Assembly: GCA_002269645.1 (NCBI GenBank)
Contig: NIVC01003228.1
Coordinates: 45,797 to 109,796 of the forward strand
Direction: 5' to 3'
From: Macrostomum lignano
Lineage: Eukaryota
DNA length: 64,000 nucleotides
The translations under genes and the position numbers were made by a program. The notes beneath the pieces are model-generated. The model was not told the DNA's origin. It did no database searches and saw only the letters and a list, made by a program, of their open reading frames with translations. Of this stretch, positions 35,780 to 47,327 are shown piece after piece. The number at the start of each line of letters is the position of its first letter. Position 1 is the first letter of the stretch.

Positions 35780-36180
35780 ATTGTTTGCTTTGCAGAATGG
35801 GAGTCTTTGATTTGCAGAATTGGATTATTTGATTTGCAGAATGGGAGTCTTTGATTTGCAGAATGGGATTCTTTGATTTGCAGAATGGGATTCTTTGATT
35901 TGCAGAATTGGATTATTTGATTTGCAGAATGGGAGTCTTTGATTTGCAGAATGGGATTCTTTGATTTGCAGAATGGGATTATTTGATTTGCAGAATGGGA
36001 TTCTTTGATTTGCAGAATGGGATTCTTTGATTTGCAGAATGGGAGTCTTTGATTTGCAGAATTGGATTATTTGATTTGTAGAATGGGATTATTTGATTTG
36101 CAGAATGGGATTCTTTGATTTGCAGAATGGGATTCTTTGATTTGCAGAATGGGATTCTTTGATTTGCAGAATGGGATTCC
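35780..36180. repeat. 22-bp satellite (GATTTGCAGAATGGGATTCTTT), left arm
   Basis: Interrupted by the LTR element and resumes at 39913. Confidence 0.95.
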
Positions 36181-39100
36181 TGTTGTGTAGTTGGTTTGCA
36201 GATATGTACATCTGCTATGTACATCTGTTTTCCGATATTGATCTGTCGCAGCTAAATGAATATATAAGTATAAATATACCAGTCGGTAGGCCAACTTGGG
36301 CTAAGATCGGGTGTACCCCTAAATTCAGTCTGACTTTCTCAACACAACATTGGCATCGCAAGCTAGGCCAACCCCCCACAATTTGGGGTTTTGAGTTTTC
36401 ACTAACAAGTTGAGTGCCAGCCCAGCCTAAAAGGCCGCCTTTGCGAAGTAAACAAGCGCCAAACAGCAAAAGTACACAGTGCTCAGAATGTCCCAGTCAG
36501 CGACAGCTCCTAGCACATCGGAGGTGCCAAGGATCAACATCTCGCCACCAGAGCAATTCCTGCCTCAACTGGGACCGCCAACGAGGCCGTGGAATGAGTG
36601 GAAGCGCCTGTTTGACAACTACTTAATGGCGGCGGGCTTCGACACTCTACCAGACGCGAGAAAGCGAGCCCTGCTTCTGCACTGCTTGGGTGCTGAAGGA
36701 CAGCGGATCTTCGCAGCGATGCAGCCACCGCCATCTCAGAATTCGGATGGTGAACAGACACCGCTGGGATTCGACGAGACCGTGAAGCTGCTGAAGGAGC
36801 AGTTTGGTGGCAAGACCAACGTGGTGGCGGAGCGCCACAGGTTTCGGCAGCGAGGGCAGCGACCCGGTGAGAAAATCGCTGACTTTGTGGCAGCGCTGTA
36901 CACGCTGGCCGGCTCGTGCGAGTTCGGCGGCATGACGGACGAGATGATTCGCGACCAGATCGTGGAGAAGGTCAGCGACAGGCGGATCAGAGAGCGCCTG
37001 CTCATCGAGGACGGCCTGACGCTCAAGACGGCGGTGACGCTGAGTCAGCAGTGGGAGACCAGCATCGCGGAAGCCAGTGCGATCGAGACTGGCGGCGCAG
37101 TTGCCATGGCAAGCCGAGGCGAGGCGGAGGTGAACAAGGTGCAACATCAGTTCGGAAAGTCCAGAGCTCAAGAACGGGCGGCTGCCGGGCGAGAGTCCTG
37201 ACCGAATTGCGGAGGCGGCCACAACAGGCGAGCGCGATGTCCTGCTGAAGGCAAGTCCTGTTATGCCTGTGGCAAGCAGAACCATTTTGGCAGGATGTGC
37301 AGGTCGCAGGGCACTAAGGTGGCCGAGGTCGGAGACGAGAGCAGCCGCGAGGTGTTCACCGTGCGTGGCACGGCCAGTCCCGACATCAGGTGCCGGCTGA
37401 AGGTCCAGGGCAGCTGGCTGAGCCTGCTGGTCGACTCGGGCGCGAAAGTGTCCATTCTATCGGAGAGGACCTACCGAAGGCTCGGGTCCAAGGCGCCGCT
37501 GCAGCCATCCAACAGGAAGCTCATCGCGTACAACGGCAAGGCTATCGACGTGCTGGGACAGGCGGTGCTGTCCGTCAACTACCGCGGGCAGAGGGTGCCG
37601 TTCTTCTGCTTCACAGTAGTGCAGCAGGGATCCGACATCATGGGCACCGATCTGATGCAGCAGCTCAGCTTCCAAGTGGTGGACCGGGACGGCGACCTGG
37701 TGCGCACCGTGGACAAGACCAGGCAGCTGCCGGCGTGGCTGCCAGACCGCTTCGAGCAGCTGACGCGAGGACTCGGCCGGATTCGAGGGTTCGAGCACCG
37801 GCCCCGAGTGAACCCCGCAGTGCCTCCAGCGGCGCAGCCTCTCCACCGGACGCCGCTCAGCCTCAAGGAGAAGGTCCAAGCTGAGATCGACCAGCTTCTA
37901 GCGGACGGGATCGTCGAGGAGATCCAGGCATCCGAGTGGATTTCGAATCTGGTGGTCGTCCCAAAGCCTGACGGTAAGATTCGAATCTGCAATGACCTCA
38001 GGTGCCCCAACAAGGCAATTGTGCCGGACAAGCAGCCTCTGCCGACGTTCGAGGAGCTGACGACGGAGTTCAAGGGCTCGACGGTTTTCTCAAAACTAGA
38101 TCTGAACTCATCGTATCTGCAGCTTGAGCTCGCCGAGGACAGACGTGATATGACGGCCTTCATCACGGAGAAGGGTCTCTATCGGTACAAGCGGGTTTGT
38201 TTCGGTCTCAACAGCGCTCCGGCAGCCTTCCAGAAGGTGCTGAGCAAGATTCTGCACGGCTGCTCAGGAACGGTGCACTACATCGACGACATAGTCGTGC
38301 ACGCTGCCAGTGAGGCTGAGCATCACGAGCGGCTCACTGCGGTGCTCGACAAGCTGCTGGCCCACGGCGTCACTCTGAACGCAGGCAAGTGCCAGTGGGC
38401 TGCTGAGTCTGTGCAGTTCCTGGGCTACATCGTCTCTGCAAGCGGCCTGCGACCAATGCAGTCAAACGTGGACGCTATCGAGCAGGTGCCGGAGCCGAAG
38501 AGCGCTGAGGCGGTGGCGGCATTTCTTGGAATGGTCAAATTTTACACGAACTTTCTTCAAAATTTGTCGGATTTCGCCGAGCCGCTGCTGAGGCTGCTGA
38601 GGAAAGACGTGCCCTGGGACTGGTCTGCAGACTGCCAGAAGGCCTTCACAACGCTCAAGAAGATGGTGCTGGCGCCGACCTGTCTGAGGTTCTTCAGCCC
38701 GGATGAGAAGATCATCGTTGCCTGCGACAGCTCGGCGCACGCTCTGGGCGCCGTTCTGCTTCAAGAAGACGGCGCCGGCGTCCGGAGACCAGTCGCGTTT
38801 GCGTCCAGAACCCTGTCAGCGACTGAGCGCAAGTACTCCGCGTCTGAAAGAGAGGCATTGGCATGCATCTTCGCCTGTGAGAGGTGGCACTATTTCCTGT
38901 TCGGCCGGAGATTCGAGCTGCACACGGACCATCAGGCGCTGACTACGTTGCTAACGGCTCAGGGCAGCGGCCACCGGCCATTGAGACTGCACCGGTGGGC
39001 CGACCGCCTGCTCGCGTATGACTTCCAGGTCTGCCACGTTCCGGGGAAAAAGAACACCGTTCCGGACTTTTTGTCGCGACACGGCGCCCGCAACGACAGC

Positions 39101-39912
39101 ATCGAGGAGGACCCGGCGGAGCTCCAAGTGAACGCCGTCCTGCTGTCTGGCGCGCTGCAGATCGTGAGCCCAAGCGAACTGGCTGAGGCATCTCTACAGG
39201 ACCCGGTGATCAGCCAGGCGATCGAGATGACGCTGGAGGGCTGGCCGAGTTCCATCAAGCAGTTGAGGCCGGAGCTGCAGCCGTTCTGGCGGATCAGGGA
39301 GCAGCTCACAGTCTGGAACGAAGGCAAGTGCCTGGCAAATGGGTTGCGCGCGGTAATCCCCGCGTTGTTGAGAGAAAAGACGCTGCAGCTGGCGCACTTT
39401 GGGCACCTCGGAGTGAGCAGAATGAAGCAGCACTGCCGAGACTCGGTCTGGTGGCCGCAGATCGACAGCCAAATCGAGGAGTTCGTGCGGCACTGCGAGG
39501 CCTGTCTGCTCAGCGAGAAAAACTTCAAGCCATCCAAGACGGTGCTGACTCCGACGAAGTGGCCGACTCGACCTTGGGAGGAGCTTCAGCTCGACATCTT
39601 CGGGGTTTTGCAATTGGAACTTAATGTCAAACTCTTTCAAATATTTTATTCCTAAAATTCATGTCTGTTTTATTGCTCTTGAATATGTAATCGATTTTCG
39701 AATATTCCATTGACAAGGCAACTCGTTCGCGAGGGAGAGTGAATGTTGTGTAGTTGGTTTGCAGATATGTACATCTGCTATGTACATCTGTTTTCCGATA
39801 TTGATCTGTCGCAGCTAAATGAATATATAAGTATAAATATACCAGTCGGTAGGCCAACTTGGGCTAAGATCGGGTGTACCCCTAAATTCAGTCTGACTTT
39901 CTCAACACAACA
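36181..39912 (+). mobile_element. Ty3/gypsy LTR retrotransposon, Mag-like, defective
   Basis: Identical 169-bp LTRs (36181-36349, 39744-39912) with TGTTGTGT...ACACAACA ends. 5-bp TSD ATTCC. PBS TGGCATCG at 36351 (tRNA not assigned). PPT GAGGGAGAGTGAA before the 3' LTR. Confidence 0.95.
36488..39655 (+). pseudogene. Single-frame gag-pol: Gag, two Zn knuckles, protease (LVDSGA), RT (YIDD), RNase H, integrase HHCC; in-frame TGA at 37199-37201; integrase truncated
   Basis: ORFs 36479-37201 and 37295-39655 share a frame. The interval reads ES*PNCGGGHNRRARCPAEGKSCYACGKQNHFGRMC. Homology ends at WEELQLDIFG. Confidence 0.9.
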
Positions 39913-40386
39913 ATTCCTTCATTTGCAGAATGGGATTCTTTGCTTTGCAGAATGGGATTATTTGATTTGCAGAATGGGATTCTTTGATTTGCAGAATGGG
40001 ATTCCTTCATTTGCAAAATGGGATTCTTTGCTTTGCAGAATGGGATTATTTGATTTGCAGAATGGGATTCTTTGATTTGCAGAATGGGATTCCTTCATTT
40101 GCAGAATGGGATTCTTTGCTTTGCAGAATGGGATTATTTGATTTGCAGAATGGGATTCTTTGATTTGCAGAATGGGATTCTTTGATTTGCAGAATGGGAT
40201 TCTTTGCTTTGCAGAATGGGATTATTTGATTTGCAGAATGGGATTATTTGATTTGCAGAATGGGATTATTTGATTTGCAGAATGGGATTCTTTGATTTGC
40301 AGAATGGGATTCTTTGATTTGCAGAATGGGATTATTTGATTTGCAGAATGGGATTCTTTGATTTTCAGAATGGGATTCTTTGATTT
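39913..40386. repeat. 22-bp satellite, right arm
   Basis: Continuation of 35780-36180. Confidence 0.95.
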
Positions 40387-40759
40387 GGTTATGGACTGCT
40401 CATTTGGTCATGGACTACTTATTTAGTCATTTAGTCATGGACTGCTCATTGAGTCATTGACTACTCATTGAGTCATGGACTGCTCATTGAGCCATAGAAT
40501 ATTCATTTAGTCATGGACCTCACGGCTTGCTCAGTCAGGAGTAGTCCTGCGTAATCAGTTTAATGGCGTGTTTGAATCCGACAGATTTAAATCGGGTTCA
40601 TCTGCTGCATCCATTTTATTCATGTTAGCTGCGCTGGTCATTTGCATGAATAGAATAGGAATTCAATTTTTCTCCAAATTTATTACTTTAAGTAGTGCTG
40701 GGATACATTACTTTATTTCCGACCAAGAATCGTTGCATAGACTTTCTACTTTTCTCTCG

Positions 40760-41160
40760 TCTCCGCTCTCCTCTCTTCTCTCCCCTTTTCTGCGTCCCCC
40801 TCTCCTCTCCTTTCCTTCCCTCATCTTCTATCTCATCTTCTATCTTCTCTCTTCTCCTCACTCTCCCTTCTCACCTCTTCTCTCCTCCCTCTACTCTCCT
40901 ATCTCCTATACTCTCCTTTTCTTTCATCATCTCCTCTCCTCTCCTCTCCTCTCCTCTCCTCTCCTCTCCTCTCCCCTCCTCTCCTCTCCTCTCCTCTCCT
41001 CTCCTCTCCTCTCCTCTCCTCTCCTCTTCTCTCCTCTCCTCTCCTCTCCTCTCCTCTCCTCTCCTCTCCTCTCCTCTCCTCTCCTCTCCTCTCCTCTCCT
41101 CTCCTCTCCTCTAATCTCCTCTAATCTCTCTTTTTTTCCTCTTCTCTCCTCTCCTCTCCT
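40760..41160. repeat. CT-rich / (CTCCT)n repeat
   Basis: Seen directly. Confidence 0.9.
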
Positions 41161-41615
41161 CCCGTCTCCCCAACCGATTGGAGTTTCTTGTCTACTCTCG
41201 ATCCGCCTCATGCGGCACCCAGGTGAGCAGCTGAAGTCGGCGTGTGTTCCAGCAAGCCGCACAACAAGTCTGGCTTTGCAGATCGCTCCGACCCGACCAA
41301 CAGAATCGGCGGGCGGAGCTGTAAAACCCGGCAGTCCCAGCCGGAGGGGAAGCAGTAAAACCTTTGGGTCTGGAAATATTGATAAAATCGCGGCAAAGCG
41401 CAGCGGCACTTTCAAACCGTTATCGGTCAATGGCGCCCTGAGTGGCGCCGGGGCGCCATGCATTCATTGGCTGCTAGCCGTATGCAGCCATTGGCCCAAG
41501 CGCAGATGCGGCAGAATTAAATGGCCGCCCCTGCCGCCGGCTCGCTCTCGGGCGCTTCAGCTTCGGATATAAAATTGCTTTCTAGGAAATCCGTCACGGC
41601 ACAAGCAGGAAGACA

Positions 41616-44600
41616 ATGGCACATGACAGGGCCATGCGACGTCTGGCCGAAGCACTGCAACTGGGCTTCATCATAGCCCTGACGCTGTCTGCTCAGCTGC
41701 TCTGCTGTGGCTGCATCAAGTGGCTGTAAGTTGATACTCCACCCGTTCCATTCCACTGGATGAAGATGCAGAAATGCATTGCATAGCAACACAGTATCAG
41801 TATAAGCAGCTGGGGGCTTTTGTTAAAGATTGTGGATCAGGTCAACTTCACAGGGGCTGGTCCTTCAGATATTTTCATAGAAATTCGACAGGAACTGCAT
41901 GAGGCTGAGAGTTCTCATTCCAATTTTCACGCTTTAATATGCTAGCATCCATCAGTCAGCTCGTTTTTTCTTTCGTCTTCTGATTCGCATGCTTCGCTCT
42001 CTACTTCTCCCTCCCACTCTCCCTCTCCCTCTACTTCTCCCTCTCCCTCTCCCTCTACTTCTCCCTCCCACTCTCCCTCTCCCTCTACTTCTCCCTCCCC
42101 TCTCCCTCTACTTCTCCCTCCCACTCTCCCTCTAATTCTCCCTCTCCCTCTCCCTCTACTTTTCCCTCCCACTCTCCCTCTACTTCTCACTCTCCCTCTA
42201 CTTCTCACTCTCCCTCTCCCTCTACTTCTCACTCTCCCTCTCCCTCTACTTCTCCCTCCCCTCTCCCTCTACTTCTCACTCTCCCTCTCCCTCTACTTCT
42301 CCCTCCCCTCTCCCTCTACTTCTCCCTCCCACTCTCCTTCTCCCTCTACTTCTCCTTCCCATCCTCCCTCTCCCTCTACTTCTCCCTCCCACTCTTCCTC
42401 TCCCTCTCCTTTTCCTCCCACTCTCCCTCTCCAGCAATATACAGCATAGAACAAAAGGCGCACAATCAAAAGCTTCATCAGAGAACTTGCAATCGAATTC
42501 GCATCGCCTCAGAGTGAGTGCCGCAGCAGCTCTTTAGCATTCATGAGTTCGCCAGTCCTTAGCTGAGCGGCGCCTCAGCTAGCAGGCATGGGTAACTTGC
42601 AGTTGTCTGGCAGCAGGGCTCACCCAGTGTGAGCATTGGATCCCCCGACAGGCCCGGTTTATTGCCGGCTTTTATTGCCGGCAGCTGAGGCCGCGGTAGC
42701 GCAGCGTCAGTCTCAGCAATCTGCATCAGGGGGGTGGGCTCAGTTTTTAATGGTTTTTTTACTGTTTTAGAGTTCAGGTGCTGGCTGAGTTGAAGAAGCC
42801 GAAATGCTGAGTGACCTGAGTTCCAGAGTGCTGCGTTGACTTGGACAGTCGGCCAACTACTCAATATGCTAAGCCGCAGAAAATGGAGCAGCCAGTTTTA
42901 TGTTTCTGGCGAGACTCAGACACTTCTCAGAATTGTCTGGGCGAACGCTGCGTGGAGTTGAAAGATAGAAAGATGAAATTTGCTTAGCTAATTAATTCTG
43001 AGCCTTGCGGAGTCTGAAGATTATGAGGAGAGACATTTGAAACTTGAAGTGCTTGAGCTGTTTGAAGAGTGGAGGTGAGAGATGAGGGATAGGAGGTGGG
43101 TACAAGAGTAGAGAGGTGTAAGATTGGGGATGAGAGATAGGAGATAGGAGGTGAGAGATGAGAGATAGGAAGTGGGAGATGAGAGGTGGGAGGTGGGAGA
43201 TGAGAGGTGGGAGATGAGAGGTGGGAGGTGGGAGATGAGAGGTGGGAGGTGGGAGATGAGAGGTGGGAGGTGGGAGATGAGAGGTGGGAGGTGGGAGATG
43301 AGAGATGAGAGGTGGGAGATGAGAGGTGGGAGATGAGAGGTGGGAGGTGGGAGATGAGAGGTGGAAGGTGGGAGATGAGAGGTAAGAGGTGAAATGCGGG
43401 AGATGAGACAGGGAGTGCATTGTGCGGGGCTGAACTTCACTGATTCCCCAACTGCAACCTGGCCGCTGGCAGCGGTCTCCACAGCAGCGGCCAGCTGACC
43501 TCGGCGGACACGGGCAGCCGGTTCTGCCGCATCCAGCTGCGCTCCGAGGTGCTGAACCGGCGGCAGGCGAAGTTCTGCCGCAAAAGCGGCCACGCCACGG
43601 TGTCGGCGGTGATCCGCGCCGCCCAGCTGACCATCGCATCGTGCGAGTCGCAGTTCCGGAACTTCCGCTGGAACTGCCAGGTGCTGAAGAGCGTGCCGGA
43701 TCTGGCGCCGGAGCTGCGGTCACGTGAGCGCCTGCCAACCTTTTTCGCAGCTACCTGTTGGGAATTCTCACTGAAAATTTGCTTCTGGGATTTGTTTTTC
43801 CAGAATGTCCGGGTTCCGCTTTCAGACTGTCCGCGATCTGTCTGTCCGGGGTCTCTCTATGAACTGTCCGGGATATCTCTATGAACTGTCCGGGATCTCT
43901 CTATGAACTGTCCGGGATCTCTCTATGACCTGTCCGGGATCTCTCTATGCACTGTTTGCAACTGTCCATCCCTGTCAACCTCTCCATCCACCTGCAGTGA
44001 CGGCCGAGCAGGCCCTCGTGCACGCCTTGTCCGGCCTGGCCCTGGCCACCACCCTGTCCACCGAGTGCTCCCGCGGCCTCTCACCCAGCTGCGGCTGCGG
44101 CTCCCGGCCGGACTGGGCGGTGGCCCGTAAGCCGGAAATGCAGTTTAAATTTGAGGGCTGCCACGCCAACCTGCGTGCTGGGCAGCGCTTAGCGCGGCGC
44201 TTCCTGTCAGCCGGCGCCGGCGCATTTAAGCGCCGGAGGCGCCGGCGGCCGAGGCAGGGCAGGCGCCGGCGGCGTCAGCGGAATCGGCCGAATCCGGCCA
44301 AGAAAAGCTCAGGCTTGGTGCAAACCTACGACCAGTTCGCGAAGATGGTGAACGCCTTCAACTACCGGGTGGGCATCCGGGCGGCCAAGCACAGCGAGGC
44401 CGTGCAGTGCAAGTGCCACGGCCAGAGCGCCTCCTGCACGGTGCGCACCTGCCACCGGATTCTGTACAGGCGGAACCAGCAGCTGCTGGCCTCCGCCTAC
44501 ATCCGCCGGTCCGATGTGGACCCGCTGGACTTGCTGCTGGAGCTGTACGACAGGGTGAGCGAGGCGATGGGATCCGGCACTGGGGATCTGGATTAGAATG

Positions 44601-47327
44601 GGGATTTTTAGTCTAGATTTAGTAGATAGGATTTATAGCTCTGTTTTATGCGATACTCTTATAAAATGGCTTATGTTGTAAGTTCGCTGCGAACTTTATG
44701 AACCAGAGGCAAGGGGGAAAGGGGAACTGTGAAGGTGAAGGGCAAATTATAAAGAGCGAAGGATGAAGAAAGAATAATGAGGGATGGATGGTGAGGGACT
44801 GATGATGAGGGATGGATGATGAGGGATGGATGATGAGGGATGGATGGTGAGGGATCAATGGTGAGGGATGAATGATGAGGGATGAATGATGAGGGATGAA
44901 TGGTGAGGGATGAATGGTGAGGGATGAATGGTGAGGGATGAATGATGAGGGATAAATGGTGAGGGATGAATGGTGAGGGATGAATGGTGAGGGATGAATG
45001 ATGAGGGATAAATGGTGAGGGATGAATGGTGAGGGATGAATGATGAGGGATGAATGGTGAGGGATGAATGGTGAGGGGTGAATGATGAGGGATGAATGAT
45101 GAGGGATGAATGGTGAGAGATGAATGATGAGGGATGGATGATGGGGATGAATGATGAGGGATGGATGATGGGGGATGAATGGTGAGGGATGAATGATGAG
45201 GGATGAATGGTGAGGGATGAATGGTGAGGGATGAATGGTGAGGGATGAATGATGAGGGATAAATGGTGAGGGATGAATGGTGAGGGATGAATGATGAGGG
45301 ATGAATGGTGAGGGATGAATGGTGAGGGGTGAATGATGAGGGATGAATGATGAGGGATGAATGGTGAGAGATGAATGATGAGGGATGGATGATGGGGGAT
45401 GAATGATGAGGGATGGATGATGGGGGATGAAAGACAAAGGGCGAAGAGAGAAGGGTGAAGTGTTTTTGGTTTGGTGAGGGCTCTGTTCGGATGAAGGGTG
45501 AAGGGGAGAAAAGGCGAGTTTTATCCCCCAGCATCAATCAAAATCTGCAGAAGCTGCGTCGAACCGTATTCGACGAGACTGGCTACCAAGGCTACGAGGA
45601 GCCGTGCTCGGAGGCTGACCGTCTGCCGAATCCGCTGCGCGGCCAGCCGACCTGCGAGGCCTTCAAGGTTGTTCCCGGCCTGCCGAAGGAGAACGCGCTG
45701 CTGTTCCACGAGCACTCGCTGGACTACTGCAGCACCAGGGAGGGCCGCTTCCCCGGCACTGTGGGACGGTGAGGCGGCGGGGCTCCGGGGTTGGGGAGAC
45801 TCTGGGGGGTCAGGGGGTCAGAGAAGAACCTGAGAGGGTGTCAGAGAAGGCACCGAGAGGGTGTCAGAGAAGACACTGAGAGGGTGTCAGAGAAGACATT
45901 GAGGGGTGTCAGAGAAGACACTGAGAGGGTGTCAGAGAAGACACTGAGAGGGTGTCAGAGAAGACATTGAGGGGTGTCAGAAAAGACACTACGAAGGTGT
46001 CAGGTAAGGCATCACAGCTAGCACTGCAGGTTAGTCAGCAGACAATGGTGCAAGAGGCGAAACCAGCCGAAACTCCAGTATAATGAACGCATTTCTGCCT
46101 GTCAGATTGAAAACGAAAAGCGCGTGGCAGCTGGCAGAATTCATTTCTGCGTAGAAGGCAGGTCCACGCCAGGCGTGATATTTCAGGGCGCCGTTCGTTC
46201 GTCGCTACTTTTTCATATTTGACTTGGCTGGGATCTGGCTGCCTGAGGGTATCCCCAGCTCCCAAACAACATCAAACAAGATCCTCTTTAACTTGCGGAA
46301 ATTTCGCGACTTAGAAATAGAATTTCGGCAGAGTTTTTATGAGCTGTCAGAACAAATCTGCGCTTACCGACAGGTTTGCAGGGCGGCACCTGCAGCCAGG
46401 GGGGGGGGGCGCCAGCATTTACGACTTGCCGGAGCACTAAAACCAGCCCGAGTCGTAAACAGGCCAGCGGCAGGCCGCAGATTCTCAATGCTGCCCCCGG
46501 GGCAAAATCTGCGGGATCAGCCTGGCAAATCTCTGCGCAGCTGCGGCGGGAGGCTTGCCGATAAAATACCGCCGAATTCAGTCTTGTTTTTAATAAGTTC
46601 CCGCCGCCTCTGGGAGCCCTCCGACTGCTGATGTTTAACTAAGTGCCAACCAGCATACTCCAGTAGCATTCGCCTGCCTTGCCGAAGATTTTACTGACTT
46701 CCTCCTTGAAGCTGCTGTTGCATAGTCTAGTGTGGGTTTGTCTCTGCCTCGCCTTTACACTTCTCGCTCCTCGTATTGCTTACCTGACACTTTATATCCT
46801 TCCTGACACTACTACTGCATGCCTTCCTGAATTTTCTACTCCATGCCTTCCTGACACTTCTATAACTTTTCTGACACTTCTATAACCTTCCTGACACTTT
46901 CACAACCTTCCTGACACTACCGCAACCTTTCTGACACTTCTATAACCTTCCTGACTCGTCCATAGCCTTTCCGACACTTTCATAGAATTCCCGACACTTA
47001 GATAGAATTTCTGACACTTCACGGCTTTGCTGACCATATCACCGCCGATCGCACACTAATTAAAACCCCTTCTGCGCCAACCTCTTCACCAGCGAGTGCC
47101 TACCAGACGGCAGTCCCGAGGCCGTCCAGCTCATCCGCAGCGGCAGCGGCGAGAGGCGGCGCGAAATTCTCTGCAGCGTGATGTGCTGCGGCCGGACCCA
47201 CGCCACAGCCAACTACACTTACCCCGGCAACCATCCGGAGTGCCAGCACAAGACCTGCCGCCTGCTGTCAAATCCGTTCAGGGTCGTCTGCACCGACTGC
47301 CATTTGAAGAAGTCCATCTGCAATTGA
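41616..47327 (+). CDS. Wnt11: Divergent Wnt ligand, probably Wnt11 subfamily, 5 exons, about 456 aa
   Basis: Exons 41616-41725, 43473-43723, 43998-44554, 45551-45768, 47093-47327, all GT-AG and phase-compatible. Signal peptide ending CIKWL (Wnt11-like, with an intron after TGG CT). Motifs: [16 protein letters not shown]...[35 protein letters not shown]. The subfamily call is tentative without a tree. Confidence 0.88.
41990..42430. repeat. CT-rich repeat, Wnt intron 1
   Basis: Seen directly. A GA-rich repeat at 43070-43390 lies in the same intron. Confidence 0.85.
44780..45430. repeat. 15-bp GA-rich repeat (GATGAATGGTGAGGG), Wnt intron 3
   Basis: Seen directly. Confidence 0.9.
45830..46000. 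repeat. 21-bp repeat (GAGGGTGTCAGAGAAGACACT), Wnt intron 4
   Basis: Seen directly. A 20-bp repeat at 46790-47030 lies in the same intron. Confidence 0.88.

Noticed and set aside
36534-39640. Antisense and alternate-frame ORFs over gag-pol
   Set aside because: Expected shadow ORFs of GC-rich coding sequence.
46370-46630. Possible MITE in Wnt intron 4
   Set aside because: TIRs too imperfect and no TSD found.
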